From the sequence record NZ_CP040051.1: a DNA stretch of 64,000 nt, one strand, 5' to 3'. The notes beneath the pieces were generated by a model, which was not told the origin of the DNA, did not search any database, and saw only the letters and a program-made list of their open reading frames with translations. The position numbers and the translations under genes were made by a program. Shown here piece after piece: positions 29,856 through 40,375 of the stretch (position 1 is the stretch's first letter; every line of letters begins with the position of its first letter). This stretch comes from a plasmid.

Positions 29856-30891
29856 GTACACACATTTAACGCAAAAAGAGCAGTATGGTATTTTGCATTT
29901 CTCGGCAAGGCATTTTGGAAAGAACAGCATTGTTTTAGAGAAAGATATTTGGGTATGTTGGGTACTTAAACAAATTTTTGAGATGCCAAATCGCTTATCT
30001 ATGGCTTTTAAGGGAGGAACTTCTTTATCCAAAATTTACAAAGTTATTGATCGCTTTTCTGAAGATATTGATATTACACTTGATTATAGACAATTTGAGG
30101 TTTGCAAAGAGCTAAATCTTGGTCCAAACCAAACGGTTCCGGATTCACTAAGTAGATCTGCAATTAGACGCTTATCTGAAGCATTAAAAGCAAACGTGCA
30201 AGAATATACAATGGACGTTGTTATTCCCTATTTGAAATCACAAATTCAACTACTTCCTAATGGTGAGGACTTTGAGGTGATTGCAGAGGGTTCAGAACAA
30301 ATCCGTTTTATATATCCTTCAGCTATTAAAGAGGGCGGAAGAAGAGGATATATCAAAGACTATGTGCTAATAGAATTTGGTGGACGAAATATAATTGATC
30401 CAAGTGAAACTCATTTCATCGAGCCAGATGTAGCAGAAAGCACAGATCATATCGAATATCCAAGTAGCCAAGTAGTAGTTTTGTCACCGGAGAGGACATT
30501 TTGGGAAAAAGCTACCCTTATTCATGTGGAATGTCATCGAGGGGTAAGGGAAAATGCCGAACGTCTTTCTAGACATTGGTTCGATTTAACTTCTTTGTAT
30601 AGTGATGATATTGGTACTCAAGCTATCCAGAATATTGAATTGCTTAAAGACGTCATTTCTCTTAAAAGTACTTTCTATAATGCATCATATGCTCATTATG
30701 GAGAATGTTTAACAGGCAGCTTTAGGTTGATTCCCGATCCAGAAGGGTTAACACATCTTGAAAGTGATTTTAGTAAAATGAATGAAGCCGGTATGCTTAA
30801 TCATAGCTCAATGTCCTTCGAAGATGTAGTAGAACGTATCCGTACAATTGAAGCTCATATGAATCAGATGATCACTGAATTTCATGTTTGA
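29845..30891 (+). CDS. AbiEii-like nucleotidyltransferase toxin
   Basis: Motif 'FKGGTSLSKIYKVIDRFSEDIDITLDY' (GG[ST]xL...RxSxDID NTase signature of the AbiEii/DUF1814 family). Confidence 0.6.
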   Translation: MPVKYTHLTQKEQYGILHFSARHFGKNSIVLEKDIWVCWVLKQIFEMPNRLSMAFKGGTSLSKIYKVIDRFSEDIDITLDYRQFEVCKELNLGPNQTVPDSLSRSAIRRLSEALKANVQEYTMDVVIPYLKSQIQLLPNGEDFEVIAEGSEQIRFIYPSAIKEGGRRGYIKDYVLIEFGGRNIIDPSETHFIEPDVAESTDHIEYPSSQVVVLSPERTFWEKATLIHVECHRGVRENAERLSRHWFDLTSLYSDDIGTQAIQNIELLKDVISLKSTFYNASYAHYGECLTGSFRLIPDPEGLTHLESDFSKMNEAGMLNHSSMSFEDVVERIRTIEAHMNQMITEFHV

Positions 30892-30912
30892 TCTAATAAT
30901 AATGTACTTATA

Positions 30913-30946
30913 AAACGGGCCTATAGAGACTATAGGCCCGTTTTTT
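30913..30946 (+). terminator. rho-independent terminator after the AbiE operon
   Basis: AACGGGCCTATAG-AGA-CTATAGGCCCGTT hairpin followed by TTTTTT. Confidence 0.6.
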
Positions 30947-31016
30947 AGATTTTTACAAGCACAAGAACCGTTGATCAAATTTTATAAATCAATCTGTTTA
31001 TCCACAACATTTAAAT

Positions 31017-31577
31017 TTGAAATTTGGCTGGACTCTACTTTATTATTTTGAATACGTTACGTTTTCAAAAGGTGGCAAAATGAATAGAGCAGTTGAGTTG
31101 GGGCAGGCATGCAGCCATTTATTGTGTGGCAAAGTTTATCCGGATGTGATTTGTGTACATGAAGTAGTTAGATCTTCATCCATAAAAATTCCATTCGTAA
31201 GTGAAAAGATATCAGCGGGATTTCCATCACCAGCTCAAGATTATGTAGATAAAATGATGGATATGAATGAGCATCTTATCCGGAACGAAGCTGCAACTTT
31301 TATTGTCAAAGTTTGCTCGTTATCAATGATAAATGCTGGAATTGATATCAACGATGAGCTTGTGGTTGATCGTAGTTTAGAAGCGAAGAACGACGATATT
31401 GTAGTAGCACTTATAGAAAATGAATTTACTGTTAAGCGATTAAAGATAGAAGGAACGAAAGTCTGGCTAGAGGCAGAGAATCCAGACTACAAGAATATAT
31501 ATTTTAGTGAAGGGGAAAATCTGATCGTATGGGGAGTAGTTACGTTCATTCTAAAAAATGTTAGAAAAAGATCATGA
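31017..31577 (+). CDS. umuD: UmuD-like LexA-family (S24) self-cleaving SOS mutagenesis protein; the likely true start is the internal Met at about 31080
   Basis: 'SAGFPSPAQDYVDKMMDMNEHL' and 'VVDRSLEAKNDDIVVALIENEFTVKRLK' match the UmuD/LexA C-terminal-domain pattern. The track start is a TTG codon. Confidence 0.7.
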   Translation: MKFGWTLLYYFEYVTFSKGGKMNRAVELGQACSHLLCGKVYPDVICVHEVVRSSSIKIPFVSEKISAGFPSPAQDYVDKMMDMNEHLIRNEAATFIVKVCSLSMINAGIDINDELVVDRSLEAKNDDIVVALIENEFTVKRLKIEGTKVWLEAENPDYKNIYFSEGENLIVWGVVTFILKNVRKRS

Positions 31578-32869
31578 ACCACACAAACAAAATTTTTTTA
31601 CTCGTTGATGTCAATAATATGTACACCTCGGTAGAAACGGCTTTTGATCCTTCCTTATCGGGGCGTGCCTGTGTAGTTTTGTCAAGTAATGATGGAAATA
31701 TCGTAGCCAGAAGTCCGGCTGCAAAAAAGCTTGGAATCAAAATGGGTGAACCATTATTTCAAATCCAAGATTTAATAATGAGAAACGATGTTATTGTTCT
31801 TTCAAGTAACTATATTATTTATGGGGAAATGAGCCGGCGTTTTCATAAAATATTAGCTGAATACGTTTCTCCAGAAAACCATGAAATATATTCAGTTGAT
31901 GAAGCATTTCTGGAACTTACAAGTTATAGGGATATATATGATTTGAATCAATGTGCTAAAGACATTAAAGATAAACTAATGAAATTTTTATCTTTGCCCG
32001 TTTGTGTGGGGATTGGACGCACGAAAACAGAGGCTAAGTGCATGAATCATATAGCGAAAACCTATCCACATTTGAACGGTATTTGTAATATTTTTGATAT
32101 TGCTGAAGTAAAAGATTCTATTTATCGTAATACGGATGTTGGAGAGGTTTGGGGGGTGGGCCGGCAACAAAAAAAGAAACTTCAGCTTATGAATATTAAT
32201 ACGATCTATGACCTAATGATGGCTCCACCATCGCATATACAAAGTGTTTTTTCAGTGGTATTAAAGCGTACTGTTCTGGAGTTAAATGGCATATCATGTA
32301 TTGATATAGAGCATACGCCTCCAACAAAAAAACAAATTGTCTCATCACGAACGTTTGGCCAGAGAATAACAAAAATTCATGATTTGAAAGAAGCAATTAT
32401 TAAAAGAACACAAGAAGCGTTTACACGTGCGAGAAATGAACAAGTTCTTGTGGGGTGCCTTATTGTGTTTGGGTATTCAAATCCTTTTGATAAAACAAAG
32501 CCTTTTTATAAAAAGGAACAAAGCGCATCTTTTGCTGTACCTACGGATGATTTAAGGTTACTGGTTCAAACAGCAACAAGATTAATGGATCAAGTCTATA
32601 AGGCCGGAATTGAATTTAAAAAAGCCGGAGTGATTTTGACTTGTCTCGAACCAAAACATACTTACACCTATGATCTGTTAACTGACCATCAGGATCTGGA
32701 GAAAACAGAGCAACTTATGAAGGCTATTGAGGATGTACAACAGATCTTTGGTAAAAACAAAATTGGATTTGGGGGAAGTATGTTTAAAAACCGGATTTGG
32801 AACCTTACAGCAAATCATCAAACTAGAAATTATTTTAGTTTTGATGGAATGATAAAAATTATGAATTAA
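31574..32869 (+). CDS. umuC: UmuC-like Y-family translesion DNA polymerase
   Basis: N-terminal 'FLLVDVNNMYTSVETAFDPSL' (Y-family palm signature). ATGA overlap with umuD. Confidence 0.8.
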   Translation: MNHTNKIFLLVDVNNMYTSVETAFDPSLSGRACVVLSSNDGNIVARSPAAKKLGIKMGEPLFQIQDLIMRNDVIVLSSNYIIYGEMSRRFHKILAEYVSPENHEIYSVDEAFLELTSYRDIYDLNQCAKDIKDKLMKFLSLPVCVGIGRTKTEAKCMNHIAKTYPHLNGICNIFDIAEVKDSIYRNTDVGEVWGVGRQQKKKLQLMNINTIYDLMMAPPSHIQSVFSVVLKRTVLELNGISCIDIEHTPPTKKQIVSSRTFGQRITKIHDLKEAIIKRTQEAFTRARNEQVLVGCLIVFGYSNPFDKTKPFYKKEQSASFAVPTDDLRLLVQTATRLMDQVYKAGIEFKKAGVILTCLEPKHTYTYDLLTDHQDLEKTEQLMKAIEDVQQIFGKNKIGFGGSMFKNRIWNLTANHQTRNYFSFDGMIKIMN

Positions 32870-32901
32870 AAAAAGATAAAAAAACAAAGCCATAGATAGA
32901 G

Positions 32902-32925
32902 AAAAACCACCTTTCGGTGGTTTTT
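32902..32925. terminator. bidirectional terminator between umuC and parB
   Basis: AAAAACCACC-TTTC-GGTGGTTTTT hairpin. Confidence 0.55.
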
Positions 32926-32936
32926 CCAATTAACGC

Positions 32937-33815
32937 TTATTTATATTGCTTTAAAATTAAAGTCAGATCCTTAATCAGTTCACCTAAAGAATTTACAACT
33001 TCTTCACGTTCTTCAGGATCTTTGATTTCGCCCTTATGTAGTTTCGATACTAACGGTAAGCTTTCTTTAGCTTTCGATAGAATATCCTCAATTACAGTTT
33101 CATTGAGTGAAACTTCTTTTGATTTAGGTTTATCTTTTTCAAGATCTGTTTCAAAAGTCTTTTTGAATTTTTGTACTTCAGCAATACCAATTTTTTTAGC
33201 TGTTGCAGATTGTTTTTCAACCCAAGCACGTACATCTACTTTATGATCACGATATAAAACTGCAATCTCATACATTGCTGAGAAGTCATTTAATAGATTG
33301 CGATTACACATATCTTCCAGAGTTTCGAGAATTTCTTCATCCAACCCATCGGTGATAGCTACAATCTTTGAAACTTTTGCATCACCATAAGCCAGCGTTT
33401 TACCGATTTGACGTTGGCTGTATCCTTTAGCCTTTAAGCGAACAATAGCACGACTAATATCATAAATAGTCATGTCTTCATTCATTGTGTTAGCTGTTAA
33501 CTGGTCCAACTCTGTAAAGCTTTCTACAACAACGGCTGGGATCTTATCAATTCCAGCACGAAGGCTGTTTTTAACTCGTCTATTGCCATCTTTAACAATA
33601 AAACGGTTGCTATCATGAGGATGCTTTATAAGAATAACGGGTATACGAACACCGCTTTCACGAATACTTTCTTCAAGATCTTTTTCTTTAGCTTCAATGA
33701 ATGTCTTACGTGGGTTTTCCGGATCGAGATCGATTAGATGGAGTTCAATTTCTTTTTGTTCGGCATTAGCTTCTGTTTCATCATCCTTAAGGATTGAATC
33801 TAATAACATACTCAT
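32937..33815 (-). CDS. parB: ParB-family partition/centromere-binding protein
   Basis: ParB N-terminal motif 'RFIVKDGNRRVKNSLRAG' (GxRRxxA box). Sits immediately downstream of parA. Confidence 0.7.
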   Translation of the reverse strand: MSMLLDSILKDDETEANAEQKEIELHLIDLDPENPRKTFIEAKEKDLEESIRESGVRIPVILIKHPHDSNRFIVKDGNRRVKNSLRAGIDKIPAVVVESFTELDQLTANTMNEDMTIYDISRAIVRLKAKGYSQRQIGKTLAYGDAKVSKIVAITDGLDEEILETLEDMCNRNLLNDFSAMYEIAVLYRDHKVDVRAWVEKQSATAKKIGIAEVQKFKKTFETDLEKDKPKSKEVSLNETVIEDILSKAKESLPLVSKLHKGEIKDPEEREEVVNSLGELIKDLTLILKQYK

Positions 33816-33818
33816 GAT

Positions 33819-34703
33819 TTATTCTCCTTTACCAGATGTATTGAACACAGATAATTTAAGTTGAGTGCCAACTTGTTTGAATATATTGGTAAATGTTCGT
33901 TTGACATCACGTGATGATGTTTTATTAATATGCCAACAAGCAGTGCCATAAGTGACTGCTTCTTCTATAACATTCTTATCCGTTATATATGCCATATTAG
34001 ATTTATCTTGGTAGAACAAATTGGTTTGCTCAGCCACTTCCAACAACTTAGATAGTTCATTCTTTTGAATATTTGATTTTAAATTAACCATATTGGGAAC
34101 AATACCGCCAATTAATAACTTGGGGTTGTTCGTTTTTTTAATTTTATTAGCAAAAGACAAATAATCTCGAATACCATCCGATGCGTATTGTTTAAGCATT
34201 GTCGGAATTAAAACTACATTTGATACTGATAAAGGTAGAAGCATTAAATTACTTAGAGTAGGGGGTGTGTCGAATATAATAACTGTTTTATATTTCAATA
34301 ACTTACTAATATTATCTTTAAAAATAGTAACTAGATCAACATCGCTACTCGTGTTTATATTAGCGAGTGCTTTAGTTGGTCGAAAAACGCCAATTGAGCC
34401 ATTTTGTAAGTCGCACTTAAGATTATGATTATCTTTAAGAAAAAGAGAAATTGCGTCCCCTAAGTTATGTACAGGTGAGGTTGGTCGCGTCACATATTCT
34501 GGTAATACTGTATTTGAATTGAGCATTAATAAATGACCAGAGCTGTTGCCTTGATTATCAAGGTCCACGACAATTACCTTGTAGCCATGTTGAGAAAAAA
34601 AGTACGCAGAATGTACGGTAAATGTACTTTTACCGACGCCACCTTTTCCATTACCAATAGTTAAGATACCGGCATCTTTAATTTGTGAAGTCTTGTCGTT
34701 CAT
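33819..34703 (-). CDS. parA: ParA-family partition ATPase
   Basis: Deviant Walker A 'GNGKGGVGKSTF' and 'VVDLDNQGN'. Confidence 0.85.
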   Translation of the reverse strand: MNDKTSQIKDAGILTIGNGKGGVGKSTFTVHSAYFFSQHGYKVIVVDLDNQGNSSGHLLMLNSNTVLPEYVTRPTSPVHNLGDAISLFLKDNHNLKCDLQNGSIGVFRPTKALANINTSSDVDLVTIFKDNISKLLKYKTVIIFDTPPTLSNLMLLPLSVSNVVLIPTMLKQYASDGIRDYLSFANKIKKTNNPKLLIGGIVPNMVNLKSNIQKNELSKLLEVAEQTNLFYQDKSNMAYITDKNVIEEAVTYGTACWHINKTSSRDVKRTFTNIFKQVGTQLKLSVFNTSGKGE

Positions 34704-34817
34704 GTGCTTATCCTATTTATAAAAATCAGGGCGAACTCTTGTAGAAATCACTACCCGTCCACCGCATGATTAATAGAATAGCAGAATATTAAATTTATGA
34801 AAGTATTTTTCCAAAAA

Positions 34818-34837
34818 AATTTTCATTTATGAAAACT
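34818..34837. promoter_or_regulatory. operator copy (19/20 match, TT-centre orientation) in the parA upstream region
   Basis: AATTTTCATTTATGAAAACT lies 115 bp upstream of the parA start and abuts the stop of the 34837 ORF. Confidence 0.5.
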
Positions 34838-35484
34838 TAATTAGACATTTGATTCGAACTAACAAACATATCCATAATTTCTAGATCAATGTTTTTGATA
34901 TTTATAGAATACATTTTTAATGTTTCTATCGCATCTGGAAAAAAATCCAATGGGTTACTTAACTGATCTTCAATAGAAGAGAGGGCAATATTTGGCATTG
35001 CTCTTGAGGTTAAGTTGTTGATATAAAACACATTACACCAAGATGGGAAAATAAATTCTTGCTTGAGGTGAAGCTCAAAAATATTTAGTAAAACACCTTT
35101 TAGTTTTAAAGCAGACTCAGGACCAAAAACATTTGGTGCATTTAGCGTACCTAAGCAGTAGGAGAACTTTACAGTAAGAGAGTTTTCAGGAATTAAGTGG
35201 AAAACGTATACATAAAATTTATTTGGATCGTCATCAGATCTTAAAGTGAAGATTTGATCCTTACTCTCATATTCCTTTTTTTCTTTAAAAATATGTGATT
35301 GCTTTTGACCATTCGACATCAAATCATGTATCAGCAAGTTAGCTTTCTGCAACATTTCTGAGGCTGCCACAACATCTAAAACATGTTTCGGATTAGGTGA
35401 TTGCTTGAGTCTACTCATAAATTTATTAGGATCATTCTGATTTGAACGGAATACTCGTTCAAGTAATTCTAGAGAAAGCTGCAT
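34837..35484 (-). CDS. hypothetical protein
   Basis: ORF. Confidence 0.35.
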   Translation of the reverse strand: MQLSLELLERVFRSNQNDPNKFMSRLKQSPNPKHVLDVVAASEMLQKANLLIHDLMSNGQKQSHIFKEKKEYESKDQIFTLRSDDDPNKFYVYVFHLIPENSLTVKFSYCLGTLNAPNVFGPESALKLKGVLLNIFELHLKQEFIFPSWCNVFYINNLTSRAMPNIALSSIEDQLSNPLDFFPDAIETLKMYSINIKNIDLEIMDMFVSSNQMSN

Positions 35485-35500
35485 TCGGCACCTTTTTATC

Positions 35501-36109
35501 TTAAAGGAATGAAGTTTTGTTGGATAAAGCGTGTTGACGATTAATTGGAGTCAATTGTGGTCGAACAGGTATAGGAAGATTACTGAACTCAGAAATATTC
35601 CATTTATTAATACCAGCCGGAGAAGGTCCAATCTTACCGATATATGCATTTTTGAATGCTGGAATATATTGCTGAAGATGATCATAGTACATGTCGCTTA
35701 ACGGAATACTAATAGTTAAGCTTGGAATCCGGATCTTATTCTCACTGGATAAATTTAAATTGACATAATTTAGCGGTAAAAACTTGATAATCAAGTATTT
35801 TTCAATAAATGTAAAATACTCAATACCAATTTCACTTAACCACCAAAAGTCATTTTCTTGAGCGAATAACAAGAAATTTTCAGGATTCTTGTCATCTATT
35901 CCAAATGCAAACAAACTTGCTTGGTGATGTGTAAATTGAATACTAGAGTAAGGGTTTTTAGTTTCATAGTTTGTTTGAAAAGAACTTAAGAATCGGATGA
36001 AATACAACCATGCTCTTAATCGAAGTGCATTTAAAGATGCACTTTCAATTTCATTCTCTTCTAACGCTTCAAGAGCGTCAACGATATGTGGGGGTAGCTT
36101 TTTAGCCAT
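35501..36109 (-). CDS. hypothetical protein
   Basis: ORF. Confidence 0.35.
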   Translation of the reverse strand: MAKKLPPHIVDALEALEENEIESASLNALRLRAWLYFIRFLSSFQTNYETKNPYSSIQFTHHQASLFAFGIDDKNPENFLLFAQENDFWWLSEIGIEYFTFIEKYLIIKFLPLNYVNLNLSSENKIRIPSLTISIPLSDMYYDHLQQYIPAFKNAYIGKIGPSPAGINKWNISEFSNLPIPVRPQLTPINRQHALSNKTSFL

Positions 36110-37072
36110 TTACTTCACCAGTGTTTTCAATCTCATCTTCATCTGAAGAATCTAGATTCGATTTCAAAGTGAACTTTTTATGTTCTTTAATAATCTTCTT
36201 AAGAGCTTGGTGTTCACTGATCCCGTGCATCTGTGATTGCTCTAAAACCCAACTATATGATGGAGTATCAAGGATCTTCTCAATATCAGTTTTAAGTGCA
36301 CGACTTCTTGCTGAACGATTATCTGTATTCAATAGCCCTTCAATATTAGACATCTTTCGGATGCGCTTTACATCACATTTACGAATATCAAGAGTTTTAC
36401 CGATCGAAAAATCACTATTGCCGTCTTGAACCATGTTCGCATACGGCTTTACTTTGCTGTAAAGCTGAAGACTATTAATAATGTGGTCATGGCCAGTTAC
36501 AACCATTCGTTCAATATATGGCGCAGTATCCAAGTCATCGATACGCTTATTACATTGAGCAACGATATCCTGAAGAACTTTTGGATCATTGATATCGCAA
36601 ATCAACCGTGAAAGTTGGCGCGTTTTATCAATAAGATGAGAAGTACCATCAATATGGAACTGACTTTGAATTTTAGAGAATTCGAGATTGTTTAGTATTG
36701 ATAAAGCAATCACAAATTCAGCTTTTAGGTCAACAATAAGGTCAAAGTTCTGTGAAATCGCTCGACAATAACTCTGTACTGGTAAACGACGTTCAACAGT
36801 CCAAATAGCAGTATCAAAGAAATTAATGAGATCGGCTAATTGATTGTCATTGAAAAGGGGATATTGCTTATTTGAAGATGAAAGAGGGTTATGCAAGTTC
36901 GACTTTTCACCACGAGTTATTTTTAAACTCAGTTCTTTGTCATCAGTAAAAAAACCGTTTTCTAAGATGGAAAAGTCCGAAGCCTCTTTTTTTTAGGTTT
37001 AGAGGCGATCAGATGTGTAATAGCCGAATAGTACTCATCTAGTGAGAAATTTAAACGTTGTTTACTTTCCAT
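36102..37072 (-). pseudogene. gene split by a frameshift at an A8 homopolymer; the product is possibly a calcineurin-like phosphoesterase ('VVTGHDHII')
   Basis: A 36-codon ATG-initiated frame (ATG at 37070..37072 on the minus strand) stops just after the A8 run (T8 on plus, 36987..36994). The other frame runs without a stop from that run into the 36102..36896 ORF, which the track starts at TTG. Confidence 0.4.
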
Positions 37073-37081
37073 AATAACCTT

Positions 37082-37939
37082 TTAATTTAAACTATCTTGT
37101 AAGCAACCTAGATCATTGCTTTTGGCGGTAGCTGGAACCCCTAGCTTGCCCTGAACACGCGAAACAACATCTTCTGCAATTTGAACTTGTTGATCAATTG
37201 AAGATGAAGAATACGGGTTTTGTGAAGAATTTGCATAGCCATTTTTTGAATTAACATAATGGCCCCATAAAGATAGTGAGATAAATGCAAGTAGAAGTAA
37301 AACGATAGCGGCTAGGAAGAGCTGTAAAAGTGAAAACTCATAGCCAAATATTGAAAAGGTTCTTGGCTGTCTTACAGTTGATACAGATGCATGACCTGAA
37401 GTTGTGATAGGGGTATATCCACCACCGTTATTCTGGTTGCCAAAAGTTCTATTATTTAAGTTATAAGTTGAGATGATACTATTAAATGCATCCTCCCATT
37501 GGCCATTTAAATACTCTTTAATTTCATCAGGGGTGTTAAAGAAATATTTATCTGCTTTAGAATCATAATCGTTTGGATATACTTTGAAGTCGATATCAGC
37601 AATTTCATATGTCTTAGTTTCATCAGTTTCATTCTTAAAGGAAGGTGATATTTCTAAAACTGCTTTGAATTTGACAATTTTATAAGGTACTTCCTCTGAA
37701 GTATGCACCGGATCTGCATTCAATGTACTTTGGTCAAAGTCTAAAGCGTAATTAAATGATGGTAGTTCTGGAAGTTGAATTGATACTAATTTGGGAGCAC
37801 GATTGTGAATTGTGCAATTATCATCAGTATATACCTGAATTGTCAGAAAACTTTTATCTTCCTTTTCGTGAACATTGCTAGTCACTGAAGGTAAATGAGT
37901 CGTATCAGGTAATGACACTTTTTTATTAAACAGTTTCAT
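37082..37939 (-). CDS. hypothetical protein with a C-terminal TM anchor
   Basis: ORF; 'LLQLFLAAIVLLLLAFISLSLW' TM segment near the C-terminus. Confidence 0.4.
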   Translation of the reverse strand: MKLFNKKVSLPDTTHLPSVTSNVHEKEDKSFLTIQVYTDDNCTIHNRAPKLVSIQLPELPSFNYALDFDQSTLNADPVHTSEEVPYKIVKFKAVLEISPSFKNETDETKTYEIADIDFKVYPNDYDSKADKYFFNTPDEIKEYLNGQWEDAFNSIISTYNLNNRTFGNQNNGGGYTPITTSGHASVSTVRQPRTFSIFGYEFSLLQLFLAAIVLLLLAFISLSLWGHYVNSKNGYANSSQNPYSSSSIDQQVQIAEDVVSRVQGKLGVPATAKSNDLGCLQDSLN

Positions 37940-37960
37940 AGGTTATGCCTTCGCCAATTC

Positions 37961-38914
37961 TTAGATTTTTCCGAAAATCATTTCTAAAATGCTTTCATCT
38001 GATAAGCCAGTAGTCATTTTTGGCTCACCTGTTTTTTTGTTTAAGTAAAATGCTGTAGGAACAGCGATTGTTTGACTACCTGTACTTTGTACGGTTGCTT
38101 CAGTAAGGAATTGCACGTTTTCTTCAAGGGCCTTCTTCTCTTCAGGAGTAGGATTGACCACTATATTTGGATCTTTTGAGAACGCTCTTTCGAGTTGCTT
38201 TGGATCCCGAAGAACAGCAGCCGCCAATTTAGCGCCTTCTTCATGTTTACCAAGTAGCGTTGTTGGAATCCATTTGATCGAAAAGCCTTTTTCTACATAT
38301 TTACGTGTTGCGCGGTAGGCATCATGACAATTTGAACAACGAGGATCAAAAACGATATACAGTGTATCAACTGCTGAAGCATTACCTTCTTTTGCACCTT
38401 TTAATTTATCTAGTAAAGAGATAGATGGAGGAACTTCTTTATCCCATTTCCCTACGATTTCGGCAAAATCAACAGCTACGTTACCGCCAGTCGGTGCAGC
38501 AACTCCGGTTGAATTTGCTGGAGCACCACCTTGTTGTGCTTTTTGCAAAATAGGAAGGCTTACACTATCCATTGTTGCTGTATCAAAAGCATTTCCAGTA
38601 ATGACCACTTTTTCATCTTTAGTTGTAAAAACAACTTGTGGCTGGCCATTAATTAGCATGGTCCAAGCAAGTAGTTCGCCAGCCATAGGTTGAACGTTAG
38701 AAACTTGTCCCAGCTTACTCATTTGAGCAAAAAGATTTTCACTATAAAGGTTTGTGCTGTTTGAAGTTACAACTGTAGGAACATTATGTGATTCGTAATA
38801 AAACCATCCTCCAGCCGCACCAAAGCCAAGTAGAGCTGCCAAAGCAACATGGGGAAATTTAAAGCTTGATTTTTTATTGCTGTTACCAAGTGATTTGGTT
38901 TTCATAAAATTCAC
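37961..38914 (-). CDS. periplasmic thioredoxin-fold thiol:disulfide interchange protein (DsbC/TrbB-like)
   Basis: N-terminal TM/signal segment. CxxC in 'FDPRCSNCHDAY'. Sits within the T4SS block. Confidence 0.45.
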   Translation of the reverse strand: MNFMKTKSLGNSNKKSSFKFPHVALAALLGFGAAGGWFYYESHNVPTVVTSNSTNLYSENLFAQMSKLGQVSNVQPMAGELLAWTMLINGQPQVVFTTKDEKVVITGNAFDTATMDSVSLPILQKAQQGGAPANSTGVAAPTGGNVAVDFAEIVGKWDKEVPPSISLLDKLKGAKEGNASAVDTLYIVFDPRCSNCHDAYRATRKYVEKGFSIKWIPTTLLGKHEEGAKLAAAVLRDPKQLERAFSKDPNIVVNPTPEEKKALEENVQFLTEATVQSTGSQTIAVPTAFYLNKKTGEPKMTTGLSDESILEMIFGKI

Positions 38915-38986
38915 CTTGAAGGAATTATTTTATAGAATAATACCTGATTTTAAAAAAAACATATATGCAAAAAATAAATATTTTTG

Positions 38987-40357
38987 CTAGTTGACGGTGA
39001 TCTCATTAGCTTTCGGAGGCGCTGGTAAATAAACATGAGGATCGGCGTAGCGATATTGTTTAAGGCTTTCTAAAAGCCCATTCCATCCATAGCTGAAATC
39101 TGGAGAAATCTTTCTCCGGTGGTAATAAGCTTCTGAGGTGTAGTGTGAAAATGCCGCAAGTTGTTCTACATAAACACTAGGTCTACCAACATTCTGAACA
39201 AGAGCCCAAAGCGTGCGGTCATAATTTCTCAACCAGCGAAGCTCACATGGAGCAAGTACCCCTAACGTTCTGGTTTTATAGATCAGTGCAATAAGGGCAG
39301 TACGTACATATGCATGCTTTGAAAAGACTTCTTTAGCTACAGGGTGATTCCAGTATCTCTCGACAATTTTCTGTAATCTTTTTCTTTCAAAATACTTAAA
39401 TTCACGTGGCTCATAATTTTTAGGATTAATAAAAGCTTTTTCTGAAGTTAAGTGCTCAATGGCTTTGTCCCAAAAGTAGTGAAGTAACATATCTTTTTGA
39501 GCTTTAATTTTTTTGAACTCTTTATCAGACATGCGTTCATCTGTAGCACAAGCCATTGGTAAAAAAAGTGCATAAAGAATAATTTCGCCATCGCTTAGAT
39601 TGGATGGTTTATCTAGCATTTGACCAAGTTGATGCATCATCAATTTTTCAAATTTGCTTTGGTCTAGCAGTGGATAAGCATCATCTTTTGGAGAATTTGA
39701 GCCTTTGAAATCATCAAAATCTTCGGCATTTTCAATTTCGTATTTTCTGAATCCATAAACAAGATTATGTATTTTGATAAATTCTCTTGGCGATAAAAGA
39801 AGTCTATAAAACCCTTTGTCGGTCGCATAGTTGGATTGAATAAAACGTTGTATATAGCGTAAATGTGGCTGATAAGATCCCAGCTCTCCAATTAATGATT
39901 CAAGATCATGTTCTTGAACATAGCGTGTGTCCGGTAAGTATTTCAAATTAATTGCATGTTTATACCAGATCCAGCCGACTAAGAGAGCTCCAATAAGAAT
40001 CGTTGGGAAAATGCAGTTTTCAGAGTAAAAGGAAAAAGGAACTACTTTTAAATTCGCTGTACAATGCATTAACGGATTCATTGCGTGATTTGGATCCGGA
40101 TAACATAGCTTTGTAATAGCATTAGTTGTGAAATCCAGATAACCAGCGTTAGAACCAGTTATCTTTTGAATAAATAATTGAAGGTAATAAAATGGAAGTT
40201 CAATTAACCCGTACACGTTTCGAGTAATTGTGATAATTGCCACTTTACCAATTTTCCATCCCCCAAAAACTAATAGAGGGATGCCTACACATAAAACACC
40301 AATCAAAATGAGTGTGTCATCAGTTGATCCATGACTTGTATTATGATTATTTGACAT
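38987..40357 (-). CDS. inner-membrane protein with 2-3 N-terminal TM helices and a large cytoplasmic domain; possibly DotM/IcmP-like
   Basis: Topology and position only. Confidence 0.35.
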   Translation of the reverse strand: MSNNHNTSHGSTDDTLILIGVLCVGIPLLVFGGWKIGKVAIITITRNVYGLIELPFYYLQLFIQKITGSNAGYLDFTTNAITKLCYPDPNHAMNPLMHCTANLKVVPFSFYSENCIFPTILIGALLVGWIWYKHAINLKYLPDTRYVQEHDLESLIGELGSYQPHLRYIQRFIQSNYATDKGFYRLLLSPREFIKIHNLVYGFRKYEIENAEDFDDFKGSNSPKDDAYPLLDQSKFEKLMMHQLGQMLDKPSNLSDGEIILYALFLPMACATDERMSDKEFKKIKAQKDMLLHYFWDKAIEHLTSEKAFINPKNYEPREFKYFERKRLQKIVERYWNHPVAKEVFSKHAYVRTALIALIYKTRTLGVLAPCELRWLRNYDRTLWALVQNVGRPSVYVEQLAAFSHYTSEAYYHRRKISPDFSYGWNGLLESLKQYRYADPHVYLPAPPKANEITVN

Positions 40358-40375
40358 ATACGGCCTATATTAAGC

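Noticed and set aside
30960-31090. A search for a LexA/SOS box upstream of umuD.
   Set aside because: No CTGT-N8-ACAG-type dyad is evident. Regulation may not depend on LexA, or the box is too diverged to call by eye.
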